A stretch of DNA of 62,817 nucleotides, the filler included, from Deltaproteobacteria bacterium (GTDB taxonomy: Bacteria; JAUYMQ01), in the NCBI GenBank assembly GCA_030698575.1. It is 6 parts of 6 records of this genome, joined end to end, with 100 filler letters (N's around TTAATTAATTAA, not from the genome) between each part and the next. Parts side by side here need not be neighbours in the genome. Positions count along the whole stretch, not along the records: positions 17,994 to 48,719 come from JAUYMQ010000256.1; 5 more parts are not named here. One strand, given 5' to 3'. Of the stretch, positions 29,125 to 39,585 are shown one piece after another; position 1 is the first letter of the stretch, and each line of letters starts with the position of its first letter. The notes under the pieces are model-generated. The model made no database searches, had not been told where the DNA came from, and worked only from the letters and a program-made list of their open reading frames with translations. The translations under genes were made by a program, and so were the position numbers.

Positions 29125-30123
29125 TTAGACCCGCACCATCCAGAAAGACCCTGGCTCCGCGTTGGGTTTCGTTGCCAGCATTGGGCACGCGTGCAGCAAG
29201 GTGCTTCTGTGGTGGTGCCAGAGAAAATTGAGGGCGGCGATCACGTTGTACTCTCTGTTGAAGCACAGATAGGCCTCAAGCAGATACTGCTCGTTCCAGA
29301 GTCGTTGTTTTCGGAGTACCCAGTCCTCTGGGTAGTCTCTGGGGGTGAAGATGTCATGGACGTGCAAGAGCACGCCCCGGCCCAAGTGCCCGAGTACTTC
29401 TAGGTATTCGTAGATGACGTCTCCCTGCGGTCGGATCACATGGGACGAGTCGATGAAGAGGATGTCGTTGCTCGCCAACTGATTGAACACTCCTAGCGAG
29501 ACCCGCTCTACTCGTTCTCGAATGACTCGTGCTCCCGTTGCTTCAAGCCATTTGTTCTCGTAGGGCTCGATGCACACATGATCGCAGTCGTAGGAAAGCT
29601 CCTCTAGTCGATTGTGCTCGATGGCTTTGCGTGCCATCAGGGTTGAGAAGCCCGCACCGATCTCGACTAGGCGACGCGGCTTGAAGTGCCGTATGACCGC
29701 GTACAGAAATTCGGCATCACCTTGCTCGAAGGCGCCATTCTCGTAGTAGTAGCTCGTCGCTCCAGTCGGCCTGAGTGGAATCTGCGCAAGCTCCTCTGCA
29801 TAATTGAGCCGCCTCAGGAGCCTCAGCTGGTCTTCCTCTCGAAGATCCAGTCCCACGATGGAGCGCTCGCTGCTGAGAGGTTGTCTGAGATCGTGCGGGT
29901 AGACGACGGGCTCATGATAGTGGTGACGCACGGGGAGCACGCCGACGATCCTGAAGACTGCTCTGGTCGCCGGCAGCCGATCGATGCCATACCGACGGAC
30001 GAAAACTGAGCAGATCGCCGAGATCAACGCTGCCGGAAGCATCAAGATGTCGACTAGTGGGCCGACCAATCCCAGCACCTTCTTGAGGGCGCGTCTGGAA
30101 CTGTCCACGGAGAATGTGACCAC
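29125..30123 (-). CDS. Class I SAM-dependent methyltransferase
   Basis: VEIGAGFST, LFIDSSH, HVHDIF. Confidence 0.88.
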   Translation of the reverse strand: MVTFSVDSSRRALKKVLGLVGPLVDILMLPAALISAICSVFVRRYGIDRLPATRAVFRIVGVLPVRHHYHEPVVYPHDLRQPLSSERSIVGLDLREEDQLRLLRRLNYAEELAQIPLRPTGATSYYYENGAFEQGDAEFLYAVIRHFKPRRLVEIGAGFSTLMARKAIEHNRLEELSYDCDHVCIEPYENKWLEATGARVIRERVERVSLGVFNQLASNDILFIDSSHVIRPQGDVIYEYLEVLGHLGRGVLLHVHDIFTPRDYPEDWVLRKQRLWNEQYLLEAYLCFNREYNVIAALNFLWHHHRSTLLHACPMLATKPNAEPGSFWMVRV

Positions 30124-30156
30124 AGCTACGAAGGCCCGGGAAAAGGGGCTCTAAAG

Positions 30157-31302
30157 TTGGCGTCAAAGGGACTCCGTGTCACGCACGTCGTCGAGGCCGC
30201 CGCAGGCGGTGTGCGTCGGCACATCTTCGACCTAGCGCGTGGCCTTCGTGACCTCGGCTTCGTACAGTCTGTGGCGTACTCTCCAGCCGGCGCGGACGGC
30301 GCCTTTCTCAACGGCATGAGTGAGCTCGAGCGGACAGGTGTTACATTCGTCCCGTTCCCACTTCAGCATCGCGTGGGATTGGCTGATGTCGGTGCGGTGT
30401 ACCGTCTGCGGGGGGAACTCCGTCGTTTGCGGCCAGACGTGCTACACCTACACAGCAGTAAGGCTGGTGCCGTCGGTCGCTTGGCCGCGATCGGCGCCTT
30501 CGCCGGTGCGGTCGTCTACACACCGCACGCGATGGGATCGCACGTTGGTTGGCACTACGGAGCGGTGGAGTGGGTGCTGGGACGCCTCACCCGCGCAACC
30601 ATCGTGGCGGTATCGCCTTCGGAATACGACGAACTTCGCCGATGGCGTGTCAGTTCGGCCGCGCGGCTCCGCCAGATCACGAGCGGGATCGACGTCGAGG
30701 AGGTCGAGCGTCTAAGTCGGGACGGCGACGTCGCCCCCGAACCGGTGGACGTTTCCGTGTGCGGCAGGATATCTAGACAGAAGGATCCCCTGACCGTTGC
30801 GCGTGCGTCCGCACGCGTCATCAGCGCCCGCCCTGACACTCGGTTTCGATGGATCGGCGACGGCGACATGCGCGTGCCGTTCGAGCGTGTTCTGGCTCGG
30901 GCAGGCATTCGAGATCACTGGTCCATTACGGGCTGGGTGAAATCGGCATACGGCTACCTTGCCGCCACCCGGGTGCTATGGCTCGCGTCGCTCTACGAGT
31001 CGTTCGGCTATGCCACCTTGGAAGGGATGGCCCTCGGTGTTCCGACCATCGGAACTCATGTTGCTGGCACGAGAGATCTCATCGTGGATGGAGAGACCGG
31101 ATTCCTCGTTCCCGTTGGCGATGCTTCTGCCTTGGCCGAGCGCACCCTGACGTATCTGAGCGACCCAAGTCTCCAGAAGAGCTTCTCTGAGCGTGCCCGG
31201 GCGCGTTGTGTCCGGTTCACGAACTCCGGCATGATCCGGGAAACTGCAGCGCTCTACCTACTATTGCATGAAGGGAGAACTAGTGGCCTTCAGCTACCGT
31301 GA
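30157..31302 (+). CDS. Glycosyltransferase family 4
   Basis: HLHSSKAG, YTPH, ESFGYATLEGM. Confidence 0.92.
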   Translation: MASKGLRVTHVVEAAAGGVRRHIFDLARGLRDLGFVQSVAYSPAGADGAFLNGMSELERTGVTFVPFPLQHRVGLADVGAVYRLRGELRRLRPDVLHLHSSKAGAVGRLAAIGAFAGAVVYTPHAMGSHVGWHYGAVEWVLGRLTRATIVAVSPSEYDELRRWRVSSAARLRQITSGIDVEEVERLSRDGDVAPEPVDVSVCGRISRQKDPLTVARASARVISARPDTRFRWIGDGDMRVPFERVLARAGIRDHWSITGWVKSAYGYLAATRVLWLASLYESFGYATLEGMALGVPTIGTHVAGTRDLIVDGETGFLVPVGDASALAERTLTYLSDPSLQKSFSERARARCVRFTNSGMIRETAALYLLLHEGRTSGLQLP

Positions 31303-32059
31303 CGTTCGCGCGAGCTTCTCTGGAGAGAAGGCGGCGCAGGAGCGCCACGACCTGATGTTTCGGTGGTTCGCGAGACCTCTGTCATTCCCTGTCGCCTGGT
31401 CTGCACTAAAACTTGGTCTCGTGCCGAACCACGTGACGTATGCCTCCCTCGTGGCCAACTGCACGGCATTGGTCCTGCTGGGGACAGGTTCTCGATCTGC
31501 GATGAGCCTTGGGGTCGTCCTAGCGCTCGCAGCCCTGATCCTGGACGCGGCTGATGGTAACATGGCTAGGACGTCGCGCCGGTTCAGTCCTCTTGGGGAG
31601 TGGCTCGAGGGCGTGGGTGCGTATCTCTTGTACGCCGGTTTCCACCTGGCTGGGGGGACCGGTGCGTGGCTCAGTGTGGTGCGAGGGGACGCGGTCGTGA
31701 GCTGGCCCGCCGATCCCCATGTGTCTGGCGTCCTGGCAGTCATGGGAGGCGTGGCTGCCGCCGCCATAACCCTGAGCGTGCTCATTGCCATCAAGTTTGC
31801 TGCCACGTTCCCGACGGTAGAACGTGGGCAGGTGATAGCGCGCTCAGGTGGCGGATTCTACGGCATGCTTTTCACGATTGGCCGGAACCTGTCGTTCCCG
31901 TCCGGGTTGGTGCTCCCGCTGACGCTACTCGGAATCGTGGTGAACCGCTATGAGATGGTTCTAGGTGCCTATGCTGTGATGAATGTCACGGCACTTTGCA
32001 TAGTCCTAGGGCGGTGCTATATCCTTGGTGCCCGTGCCGCTCGTGCGGGACGGGGATAG
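31268..32059 (+). CDS. CDP-alcohol phosphatidyltransferase family protein
   Basis: PNHVT, LDAADGNMAR...SPLGEWLE. Confidence 0.85.
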   Translation: MKGELVAFSYRDVRASFSGEKAAQERHDLMFRWFARPLSFPVAWSALKLGLVPNHVTYASLVANCTALVLLGTGSRSAMSLGVVLALAALILDAADGNMARTSRRFSPLGEWLEGVGAYLLYAGFHLAGGTGAWLSVVRGDAVVSWPADPHVSGVLAVMGGVAAAAITLSVLIAIKFAATFPTVERGQVIARSGGGFYGMLFTIGRNLSFPSGLVLPLTLLGIVVNRYEMVLGAYAVMNVTALCIVLGRCYILGARAARAGRG

Positions 32060-32071
32060 CAAGGGGAGGGT

Positions 32072-32482
32072 AGCACGGTTCCCACCACGCGGAAGCGGTG
32101 GATCAGAACGACGCTAGTGGTAGCCGCGGTCGGCGGGGCGTCGGCCTGTCTGGATATGGGTCTTACCGCCGTTCAGGCGCCGCTGCGGGGTATCGCTCCG
32201 CCGGCGGGGCGCGCGGTCCGGCGCTCGGTCTCGGCTGCGCTGCACCTCCACGGCTGGTCGAACCACAGTGGGAATTCTCGGCCCGCGTCCATTGCGTGGC
32301 ATACACAGCAGTACGCAGCCGCCGGCGTGGAGTTGCTCTGGTGGAGCGACCATTCAGACGTGTACTACCGCGTTCCGGACTTCATGGTCACACCACAAAC
32401 ACGGGCACTGCTGGCCACCAATCCTTGGCACGGTCCGAGATCCATGACTTGGTCGGCGGGCCCCCCTCAGCTTCTCAATTGA
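32072..32482 (+). pseudogene. Truncated PHP-like hydrolase fragment
   Basis: LHLHG...WWSDH motif; stops after ~130 codons; no start codon behind the RBS. Confidence 0.45.
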
Positions 32483-32489
32483 ACGTCTG

Positions 32490-33290
32490 ATGCCGCGAAA
32501 CCAGGCGGGCTCGGCGTATTCGGCACAGGTTGCTGAGCACTACGATCGGCACGTTTCGGCGTCGGATAAGCTTCCTCCGTACTTCCGACACTGCGTGGAT
32601 TATCAAGTCCCACGGGCCCTTGTGGGCCAACCGCTCAACGCTCTCGAACTAGGTTGCGGGAACGGCCGCCTCTCGATTCTACTTGCGAGACACTACGGCT
32701 TTCGGATGACCGCTGTAGATGTATCCCCAAGGGCCGTCGAGTTGGCCAGGGTGAATGCTGCCCGTCACCGTGCGGTTGTCAGGTTCGTAAACGCAGACAT
32801 TCTCGGCGAAGCAACCCTCCCGGAGCAGTACGACCTGATTATCGGGCATTTCATCCTTCACGAGGTGGTCGGGGACGATTTCGAGCGTCTTGCCCGGTTT
32901 CTCGTCGCCCATCTGGCTCCCCAGGGATACTGCTCCTTCCTGGAGAACAGCTACTTTAACCCTGTATTCCGCTGGATCCGTGAGGCCCTGCCGCCCGACC
33001 GGCGAGTCTCACATCCATTCGAATACCCCTTCGACCCGCAGCGGTACGCCGCGCTTAAGAGGCATTTCGCCTTTGTGCGACGCGACGTTCCAATAGTCAA
33101 TCTTGCCGAACGGTTCTACAGGCAGTTCTGGCCATGTTGGGGCCGCTCGCCGTGGTTCTACAAGGGGGCTGTCGGCCTCGACACCTTGCTAACGTTCGCG
33201 TTGCCACCCCGAGCAAGGAGGTGGGTGAGCTACTTCCAGCTCATCTCTTTCTCGCAGGTGGCTCTTGAGCCACGTCTGGGCCTTAAGTGA
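32490..33290 (+). CDS. SAM-dependent methyltransferase
   Basis: LELGCGNG, VDVS. Confidence 0.85.
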   Translation: MPRNQAGSAYSAQVAEHYDRHVSASDKLPPYFRHCVDYQVPRALVGQPLNALELGCGNGRLSILLARHYGFRMTAVDVSPRAVELARVNAARHRAVVRFVNADILGEATLPEQYDLIIGHFILHEVVGDDFERLARFLVAHLAPQGYCSFLENSYFNPVFRWIREALPPDRRVSHPFEYPFDPQRYAALKRHFAFVRRDVPIVNLAERFYRQFWPCWGRSPWFYKGAVGLDTLLTFALPPRARRWVSYFQLISFSQVALEPRLGLK

Positions 33291-33313
33291 GCACGTGGAC
33301 CACACTTGCGGAG

Positions 33314-34279
33314 CTACTTCCGGAGTAGTGCCGAGAGGCGGGCTACTGAGCTTCCTGCGGTCGCCCCCTGGATCGCCGCTCGATCCCGCAGGAGTCTCCC
33401 GCGCTCTTTCCAAATGAGGCACCAGGCTGCCGCCCAGTTGACGAGACTTCGGGGACGGCGTAGGAGCAAGTAGCCCGGGATCAAGAGCTCCGTAGCAACT
33501 AACGTAGCAATGCGCCTCCAGATCAGCGACATCGGTAGCGTCTTGATGATGGTGGCCAGCCGATTCTTTAAATGGTGCACCTGCGTCGCGTCCGGCTTCT
33601 CATAGAACCGGGACCGTGGTTTGGTCGAGGCGGAGCGCACATGCCACGCGTGCATGTCCGGAACGAAGCGGACTCTCCATCCTGCGAGATTAAGGCGAAG
33701 CATGACGTCAACATCCTCGCCGTAAGTGAAGTACCACGGGTCGAGCACGTAGCCCGCGGTGGCGCGCAGGTCCTCCAGCGCCTTGCGGCGGAAGACAGGA
33801 CAACTACCAGACACACCCACGACGTCCATTTCCCGTGTCGTAGGGAGAAGCACTGTCCGGTGGGTCGCGCTGAGGGTATAGCCGCACGCGTCAACCACCG
33901 ACGTTCTCGAGCCGTCTATTAGGAGATACACGGACCCGCCAACCGCACCGAGCGCCGACTCTGCTCTCATGGCGGCTACGGCGCGAGTGCAATAGTCCTC
34001 AGAAAGGATCAAGTCAGCGTTCTGCCAGAGCACGAACTCTCCGTGCGCCTCGTCCGTGCCAACGTTCATACCGCCCGTGAAGCCGGAGTTGAAGCCCATC
34101 TCAAGGAAACGCGCGTCTGGAAAGCGTCGCTTGAGTTCCTCCAGCGATCCGTCTTTAGAACCATTGTCCACAATGAGCAATTCCACCGACGTGCCCTTCT
34201 GGGCAAGAGCCGAGGCGGCGGCATCCAGCACAACGGCACTGCTGTTCCAATTGAGAAGGACGATCGAGACGTCGATCAC
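33314..34279 (-). CDS. Glycosyltransferase family 2
   Basis: VDNGSKDGS, NAD, YGEDVD. Confidence 0.92.
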   Translation of the reverse strand: MIDVSIVLLNWNSSAVVLDAAASALAQKGTSVELLIVDNGSKDGSLEELKRRFPDARFLEMGFNSGFTGGMNVGTDEAHGEFVLWQNADLILSEDYCTRAVAAMRAESALGAVGGSVYLLIDGSRTSVVDACGYTLSATHRTVLLPTTREMDVVGVSGSCPVFRRKALEDLRATAGYVLDPWYFTYGEDVDVMLRLNLAGWRVRFVPDMHAWHVRSASTKPRSRFYEKPDATQVHHLKNRLATIIKTLPMSLIWRRIATLVATELLIPGYLLLRRPRSLVNWAAAWCLIWKERGRLLRDRAAIQGATAGSSVARLSALLRK

Positions 34280-34282
34280 GAG

Positions 34283-35735
34283 CTAGTCTGCCCCGCGGAC
34301 GAGCGCCTTCAGTGCCAGTCGTTCGGGGGCCGAGGCGAATCCGTACATGATGGTGAACGCTACGATCGATCCACCCAGGCCAACGGCGAATCGTACCGCA
34401 ATCGGCAGGGCGTTGCCGGCTGGCAGCAAAGCCGCGACGAACACGGTGCCGCCGCAGGCAAGGCCTGAGCGGCCGACAGTCGCAAGTGGGATAGACACAC
34501 GAAACAGATGCCAGATTTGTAAGGCGCGGACGCCGTTCAGGAGTACCACAGCACCGGTGTACGCCAATGCAACGCCAAGAAGGCCGAAGTGCCAGCCCAG
34601 GAGGGTTCCGCCGATCGCCGTTAGGCCCAGGGCGACGGCGTTGTTGGCCAGAGCCAGGTAACTCCGACCTGAGAGTGGCAGGAAGTCTTCGGCGAGCGCA
34701 GTCGCCGAGTTCGCCCACTGGCCGACCGCGAGGACGCCCATGAGGGCGGCTCCGCGGACGAATTCTCCACCAAACAGGGCGAGAATCCCGGGCGCGGCCA
34801 GGACCAACCCCACGAGGAACGGCCCGTTGAACCACAGCACCGACGTAACCACCCTGTCATACATCGCCTGCAGAGCATCGTGTTGGTTGGGATTCTCGAG
34901 AAGTCGGGGGATACGCGGCAGAAACGGTGTCGCGTACGCGAGCTGAATCCACGACGCCAACATCACGACTCGGGTCGCGGCCGCGAGGAGCCCGGCGTCG
35001 CTTGGTGAGCCAACGGACCCTGCTACCGTCAGGGCTCCAAACATCATCGCGGTCTGCAGCGCGGCGGATATCGTCGTGAGGCTGCTGAACGTGATCACCT
35101 TCAGATGCTCGCCGGGTGCGGCAACGTGAGCTGGAAGCCCTCGGAGCGAGTGTTGCAGGAGAACGATCGTGGTTCCAAGTGAGGCCACCCCTCCAAGGAT
35201 GAAAGCCGACATGCCCCACCACCACGGGCCCCCGAGGATGACGGCGGCGCCCAACGTCACAAGTCGCACCAACGGATCGAGCAATGTCACGACTAACGCG
35301 TAGGCCCCGAAACGATCTTGCCGCTGCAGGCCTGCGCCGAGGGGAAAGAGAAGCGTGGCTGGTGGGACGGCAGCCGCTGCCAGACCGAACGCGATCAGCG
35401 GCGCCGCGTTCTGCTGCCCCTGTGCGAAGAAGGTGCCCCAGCTGGCGAGGGCCAGGGCAGCCGCGAGGCCTCCCAACAAGGACAGTGTCGTGCCTCTTAC
35501 AAGATGATCCTCGTCGTGACCCCGCAACACGACGGTATCACCGGCTGCCCGCCCCAGCATGGTGGCGGTCTGCATGCCAGCCTGGGCTGTGTTGCAGAGG
35601 CCAAAGATGCTCACGCCGTACGCGCGGGCGAGCAGCCACTGGAACGCGAACAGTACGGCAGAGCGAGCCACCGTTATGAGGAACTGGAGCCGGGCGGTTG
35701 AGGCGATCGACGCGCGGGCGCGCTCTTCCAGCGGC
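34283..35735 (-). CDS. Wzx-like polysaccharide flippase
   Basis: About 12 TM segments in a glycan locus; start approximate. Confidence 0.8.
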
Positions 35736-35861
35736 AGAGGTGCGGGCACGAACCGAAAAGGTAACCGTGACGTGCCTTGCGGCAATGCCGTCGGTCGTTG
35801 TTTGAGCACGTTGTGGATGGTATCTTGCGGTCCCTGCTGCGAGACTGTCGAGGGAGCTGCG

Positions 35862-37016
35862 TTGATACGACCGCACGGCGGTACGCTAATCGATTGCACG
35901 GTGACTGCGGCCGCGCGCGCTGAGGTCGAGCGCCTCGCGGACGAAGCGCCACGCCTCCCCGTGGATCGCTTCACTGCCATGGACGCCCTGAACATCGCGA
36001 TCGGCGCCTATAGTCCGCTGCGCGGCTTCATGGCGGAGGCAGACTACCTGAGCGTTATCCGGCAAAGCGCGCTGGCAGCCGGCTCCACGTGGACCGTGCC
36101 CGTCCTCCTCCACGTCCCGGCAGGCATGGCGACCAAACTCCGCCCCGACGGCCGACTCACTCTCGTGGACAGCGAAGCACAGCCGTTTGCCCTCGTACAG
36201 GTGGAGTCGGTTTTCGAGGTCGCGAAGCGCGAGTACGCCAAGCTGGTGTTCGGGACCGCCGACCAGAGCCACCCCGGAGTGGATCGTCTCACCTCACTGC
36301 CGAGCACCTGCGTCGGCGGCGCGCTCACACTGCTCCGCGAACCGGAGCTCGAGAACCGACAGTATTTCATCCGCCCGAGCGAGACGCGCAAGCTGTTCGC
36401 CGAAAGAGAATGGAAATCCGTGGCGGCATTCCATACCCGCAACGTTCCCGACCGGGCTCACGAGTACCTCCAAAAGCTGGCGCTTGAGTCTGCGGACGGG
36501 CTATTCGTGCATCCCATCGTCGGCTGGAAGAAAGCGGGCGACTTCTCCCAGCGCGCCCAGTTTGAGACGTACGAGGCGCTGTTCGAGCATTACTATCCAC
36601 GCGACCGGGTGCTGCTCGGTGGCTTCTACTGCCAGGTGCGCTACGCGGGGCCGCGCGAAGCGGTGTTCCACGCCATCGTGCGGCAGAACTTTGGTTGCTC
36701 CCACATCATCATTGGACGCGATCACGCCGGGGTGGGGCGGTTCTACGGTGTGTACGATGCGCATCGTGCGTTCGACGCCGTGAGCGATCTTGAGATCGTG
36801 CCGCTTCGCTTCGCGGGACCGTTCTACTGCCGCCGCTGCGGCGGGATCGTCACCGACCGTACCTGCCCGCACGGCGGCGACGACGTGAGCGAGATCTCCG
36901 GCACACTCGTGCGCAAGCACGTTGTGAACCGGGAAGCCGTGCCCGAATACCTGCTCCGTCCCGAAGTGTTCGACGTGCTGGAGCGACTGGCCACCGAGGA
37001 GGCGTTCGTCCGATGA
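35862..37016 (+). CDS. sat: Sulfate adenylyltransferase-like protein with altered motifs
   Basis: PHGG, GAYSPLRGFM, HTRNVPDRAH, YAGPREA, GRDHAG; TTG start. Confidence 0.85.
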   Translation: MIRPHGGTLIDCTVTAAARAEVERLADEAPRLPVDRFTAMDALNIAIGAYSPLRGFMAEADYLSVIRQSALAAGSTWTVPVLLHVPAGMATKLRPDGRLTLVDSEAQPFALVQVESVFEVAKREYAKLVFGTADQSHPGVDRLTSLPSTCVGGALTLLREPELENRQYFIRPSETRKLFAEREWKSVAAFHTRNVPDRAHEYLQKLALESADGLFVHPIVGWKKAGDFSQRAQFETYEALFEHYYPRDRVLLGGFYCQVRYAGPREAVFHAIVRQNFGCSHIIIGRDHAGVGRFYGVYDAHRAFDAVSDLEIVPLRFAGPFYCRRCGGIVTDRTCPHGGDDVSEISGTLVRKHVVNREAVPEYLLRPEVFDVLERLATEEAFVR

Positions 37017-37738
37017 CCGGCGTTCTCTGTACGATCAGTCCTCAGAACGGTCTCGTCCCCGGAGCGGACATGGTCCGCTGGAACGGAGCCTTCGGGAATC
37101 CGATGGAGGTACAGCGCTATTTCGACCGGCTGGCGGTGCCTCGGCTGCTCGATTTGCCGGGCGCCCGTAGTAAGCCACGCACGAGTACCATCAGCGACGA
37201 CGAGTGGCTCGAATTCGCGCAGAGCACGGCGTACGAGTACGTGGGGCTCTCCTATGTCAAGTCGGCGGACTGGATCTTTGACGTCAAAGGCCGCCTACGG
37301 GGGAGTCGGACCGGTGTGATCGCCAAGATCGAGACGCGCGAGGCGGTGGACAACATCGAATCGATCGTGGAGGCGAGCGACGGCGTCATGATCGATCGCG
37401 GTGACCTCAGTCGCGCGATTGGCGTGCTCGCCCTCGGCGCGGTCCAAAAGCGTGTGGCCCAGTCGTGTCGGCGAGGGGGGAAAGTGCTGATCGTTGCGAC
37501 GGGCGTATTCGCCTCGATGCGGGCAGACGATCAGCCAGGTATCTCAGAGGTAAGCGACGCCTTCAATGCCGTGTTGGACGGCGCGGATTACCTGATGCTG
37601 GCGGAGGAAACGGCGATCGGAAAGCATCCGGAGCTCGTTGTCGCGGCGCTGCGGAAGGTTGTGGACGCCGCGGTTTCCTACCAGGCGCTGACGACAGCCG
37701 AGCCGGAGGAAGGCGGCCACCTGCGGAGCCTGGCCTAG
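37013..37738 (+). CDS. Pyruvate kinase-like protein, barrel domain only
   Basis: AKIE, DRGDL, SEVSDAFNAVLDGAD, EETAIG; 241 aa. Confidence 0.85.
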   Translation: MTGVLCTISPQNGLVPGADMVRWNGAFGNPMEVQRYFDRLAVPRLLDLPGARSKPRTSTISDDEWLEFAQSTAYEYVGLSYVKSADWIFDVKGRLRGSRTGVIAKIETREAVDNIESIVEASDGVMIDRGDLSRAIGVLALGAVQKRVAQSCRRGGKVLIVATGVFASMRADDQPGISEVSDAFNAVLDGADYLMLAEETAIGKHPELVVAALRKVVDAAVSYQALTTAEPEEGGHLRSLA

Positions 37739-37744
37739 CTGGTC

Positions 37745-38266
37745 GTGCGCCGGATCTTGCGGTGGGTTCGTGGACTCCCCGCGCTGCGGTCGCTGTGGTT
37801 GGTGTGGCTTCGGATCCGCAACGAGGCGCCTAACCGGTGCCCCGTGGAGGTGGAGCCGGGGGTTTTCATCGGAGGGATTTGGACCGCGCGGCGGTGGCGG
37901 GCGCTCAGGGCGGTCGGCGTCAGGAGGGTCCTTGCGCTCACGGCCGAAGCCTGGTCCGATGCGTGGTTCGCCGATGCGGAGACCATCCTTTGGCTGCCGG
38001 TTCCTGACACGGAAGCCCCGTCGGCTGACCAACTGCGTGAAGGGTGCGCGTTTCTGGATGCGGCACGCGCTCAAGGGCAGGCCGTGATAATCGTTTGCGG
38101 TTCGGGGATCGGCCGAGCGCCCACCATGTACCTGGCGTGGGCGTTGCGTCGTGACGCTCAGGACGTCGCTCGTGGGATGGAAATCGTACGCAGTGCTCGC
38201 CCGATCATCGACCTATCACGGGCCCAGCGGGAGGGGTTGAGGTCCTGGCTGACAGCGGGGCGCTAG
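37745..38266 (+). CDS. Dual-specificity/PTP-like phosphatase
   Basis: CGSGIGR (CX5R). Confidence 0.85.
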   Translation: MRRILRWVRGLPALRSLWLVWLRIRNEAPNRCPVEVEPGVFIGGIWTARRWRALRAVGVRRVLALTAEAWSDAWFADAETILWLPVPDTEAPSADQLREGCAFLDAARAQGQAVIIVCGSGIGRAPTMYLAWALRRDAQDVARGMEIVRSARPIIDLSRAQREGLRSWLTAGR

Positions 38267-39585
38267 GAGGAGTGTCGGGCGAGCAGGTGGGAGGGTCGCG
38301 CAGAGATACAGAACGCAACGGTGAAGAACACGCCGCCAATCAGTGAGAACCAAATCGTTCGGCTCGGGTCACCTACCCGCGTGAAGTCGAAGATGAAGAA
38401 ACAGAAGGCCAAGTACAGGGTTGCATCCCCAACTCCCCGGCGGTGCTGGCGCCACTCCCAACCGATTCGTCCAAACCACCCGAGCCCGAAGAACCCGAGC
38501 ACTACCGCGAACGGTCCGCCTGCGGCGTACAGTTCGCCTATCGCCATTGGTGGATAGCCCGTGCGACCGAGCTCCGGTAGATAGCGAGACACGATGACCT
38601 CGCCCAAGGTAACCGGCTTGTCTGTCCAGATCCGCCTGGGGATAATCATCCAGGGAACGCGGACGAATGTCACCCCGTGGTTGAGTGGCAGTTCCTGTGG
38701 AACGTCTCGCACGACGATCGTGGCGGCGTCGAAGATCTTGAGTTCGCCCGTCGCACTGAACGCAAAGTGCACGGCGGCCTGCGGTTGCCTGAGAAAGACT
38801 TGCACGGCTCGTACGAGACGCTCGGGACCGAGCAACCGAATGAAGTTGTAGGAGAAGAGGAGCGTGCCCAGGGCCAACAAGCCGAATAGCATTCTAGCCA
38901 CGCGGATTGGTCGGATCGTGAGGTGATACAGCACAATCGGGTATGCGATGGCGAGGACCAGGAATGAGCGACGCCCAAGTGGAAACAGAGCTAATGCGGT
39001 TGCGAACGCCGCTACCCAGACCCACGACCGCGTTCGGCCTCTGACGGGGTCCACGAGCAGTAATGCCGTAGGAACCATCAACAGTCGTGCAAGTTGAAAC
39101 AGGGGCTGCTTGCCCTGTAGCCGAAAACCGAGTTCGACCTGGTGGCCAAGCGCATAGACCAGGCCCCCTCCTGCGTGGAGCAGCAAGGCCAACGCCAATA
39201 CACCGATGGCGCCCAAGCCGCCGGCGATCCAAATCGCTCGCACGGGATCAGGGTTAGGGAGCGTGAACCGAAGCCGCTGCGCGACTGCTTTCGCCGATCG
39301 TGCGCCGTGACCAGCTACGAAGGCGAGCACTCCTGCGGTTGACAGGGCGACGGTCTCTCCGATGAGCGCTGTCTGGTCGTTGAGCGTGAGCGCCCCAGAC
39401 GTGAGTGGGGCACGACCAAACCATAAGAGGTAGGCTGCGCGCGGCAGCACGTAGAGGCCGATGACTCCCAGGCAGATCGGGAGGGGAGCAACGAGCTCGC
39501 CTCTTCGTCGGAGCCAAAACCAGAAGGCACCGAGGATTGTGAGCGCGAGCAAGCCCCAGCTGATCCAGGCGATCGCCTGGGTCAC
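38263..39585 (-). CDS. Wzy-like polysaccharide polymerase
   Basis: Multi-TM; IPRRIWTDKP, GELY; GTG start overlapping the wzz stop. Confidence 0.8.
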   Translation of the reverse strand: MTQAIAWISWGLLALTILGAFWFWLRRRGELVAPLPICLGVIGLYVLPRAAYLLWFGRAPLTSGALTLNDQTALIGETVALSTAGVLAFVAGHGARSAKAVAQRLRFTLPNPDPVRAIWIAGGLGAIGVLALALLLHAGGGLVYALGHQVELGFRLQGKQPLFQLARLLMVPTALLLVDPVRGRTRSWVWVAAFATALALFPLGRRSFLVLAIAYPIVLYHLTIRPIRVARMLFGLLALGTLLFSYNFIRLLGPERLVRAVQVFLRQPQAAVHFAFSATGELKIFDAATIVVRDVPQELPLNHGVTFVRVPWMIIPRRIWTDKPVTLGEVIVSRYLPELGRTGYPPMAIGELYAAGGPFAVVLGFFGLGWFGRIGWEWRQHRRGVGDATLYLAFCFFIFDFTRVGDPSRTIWFSLIGGVFFTVAFCISARPSHLLARHSS

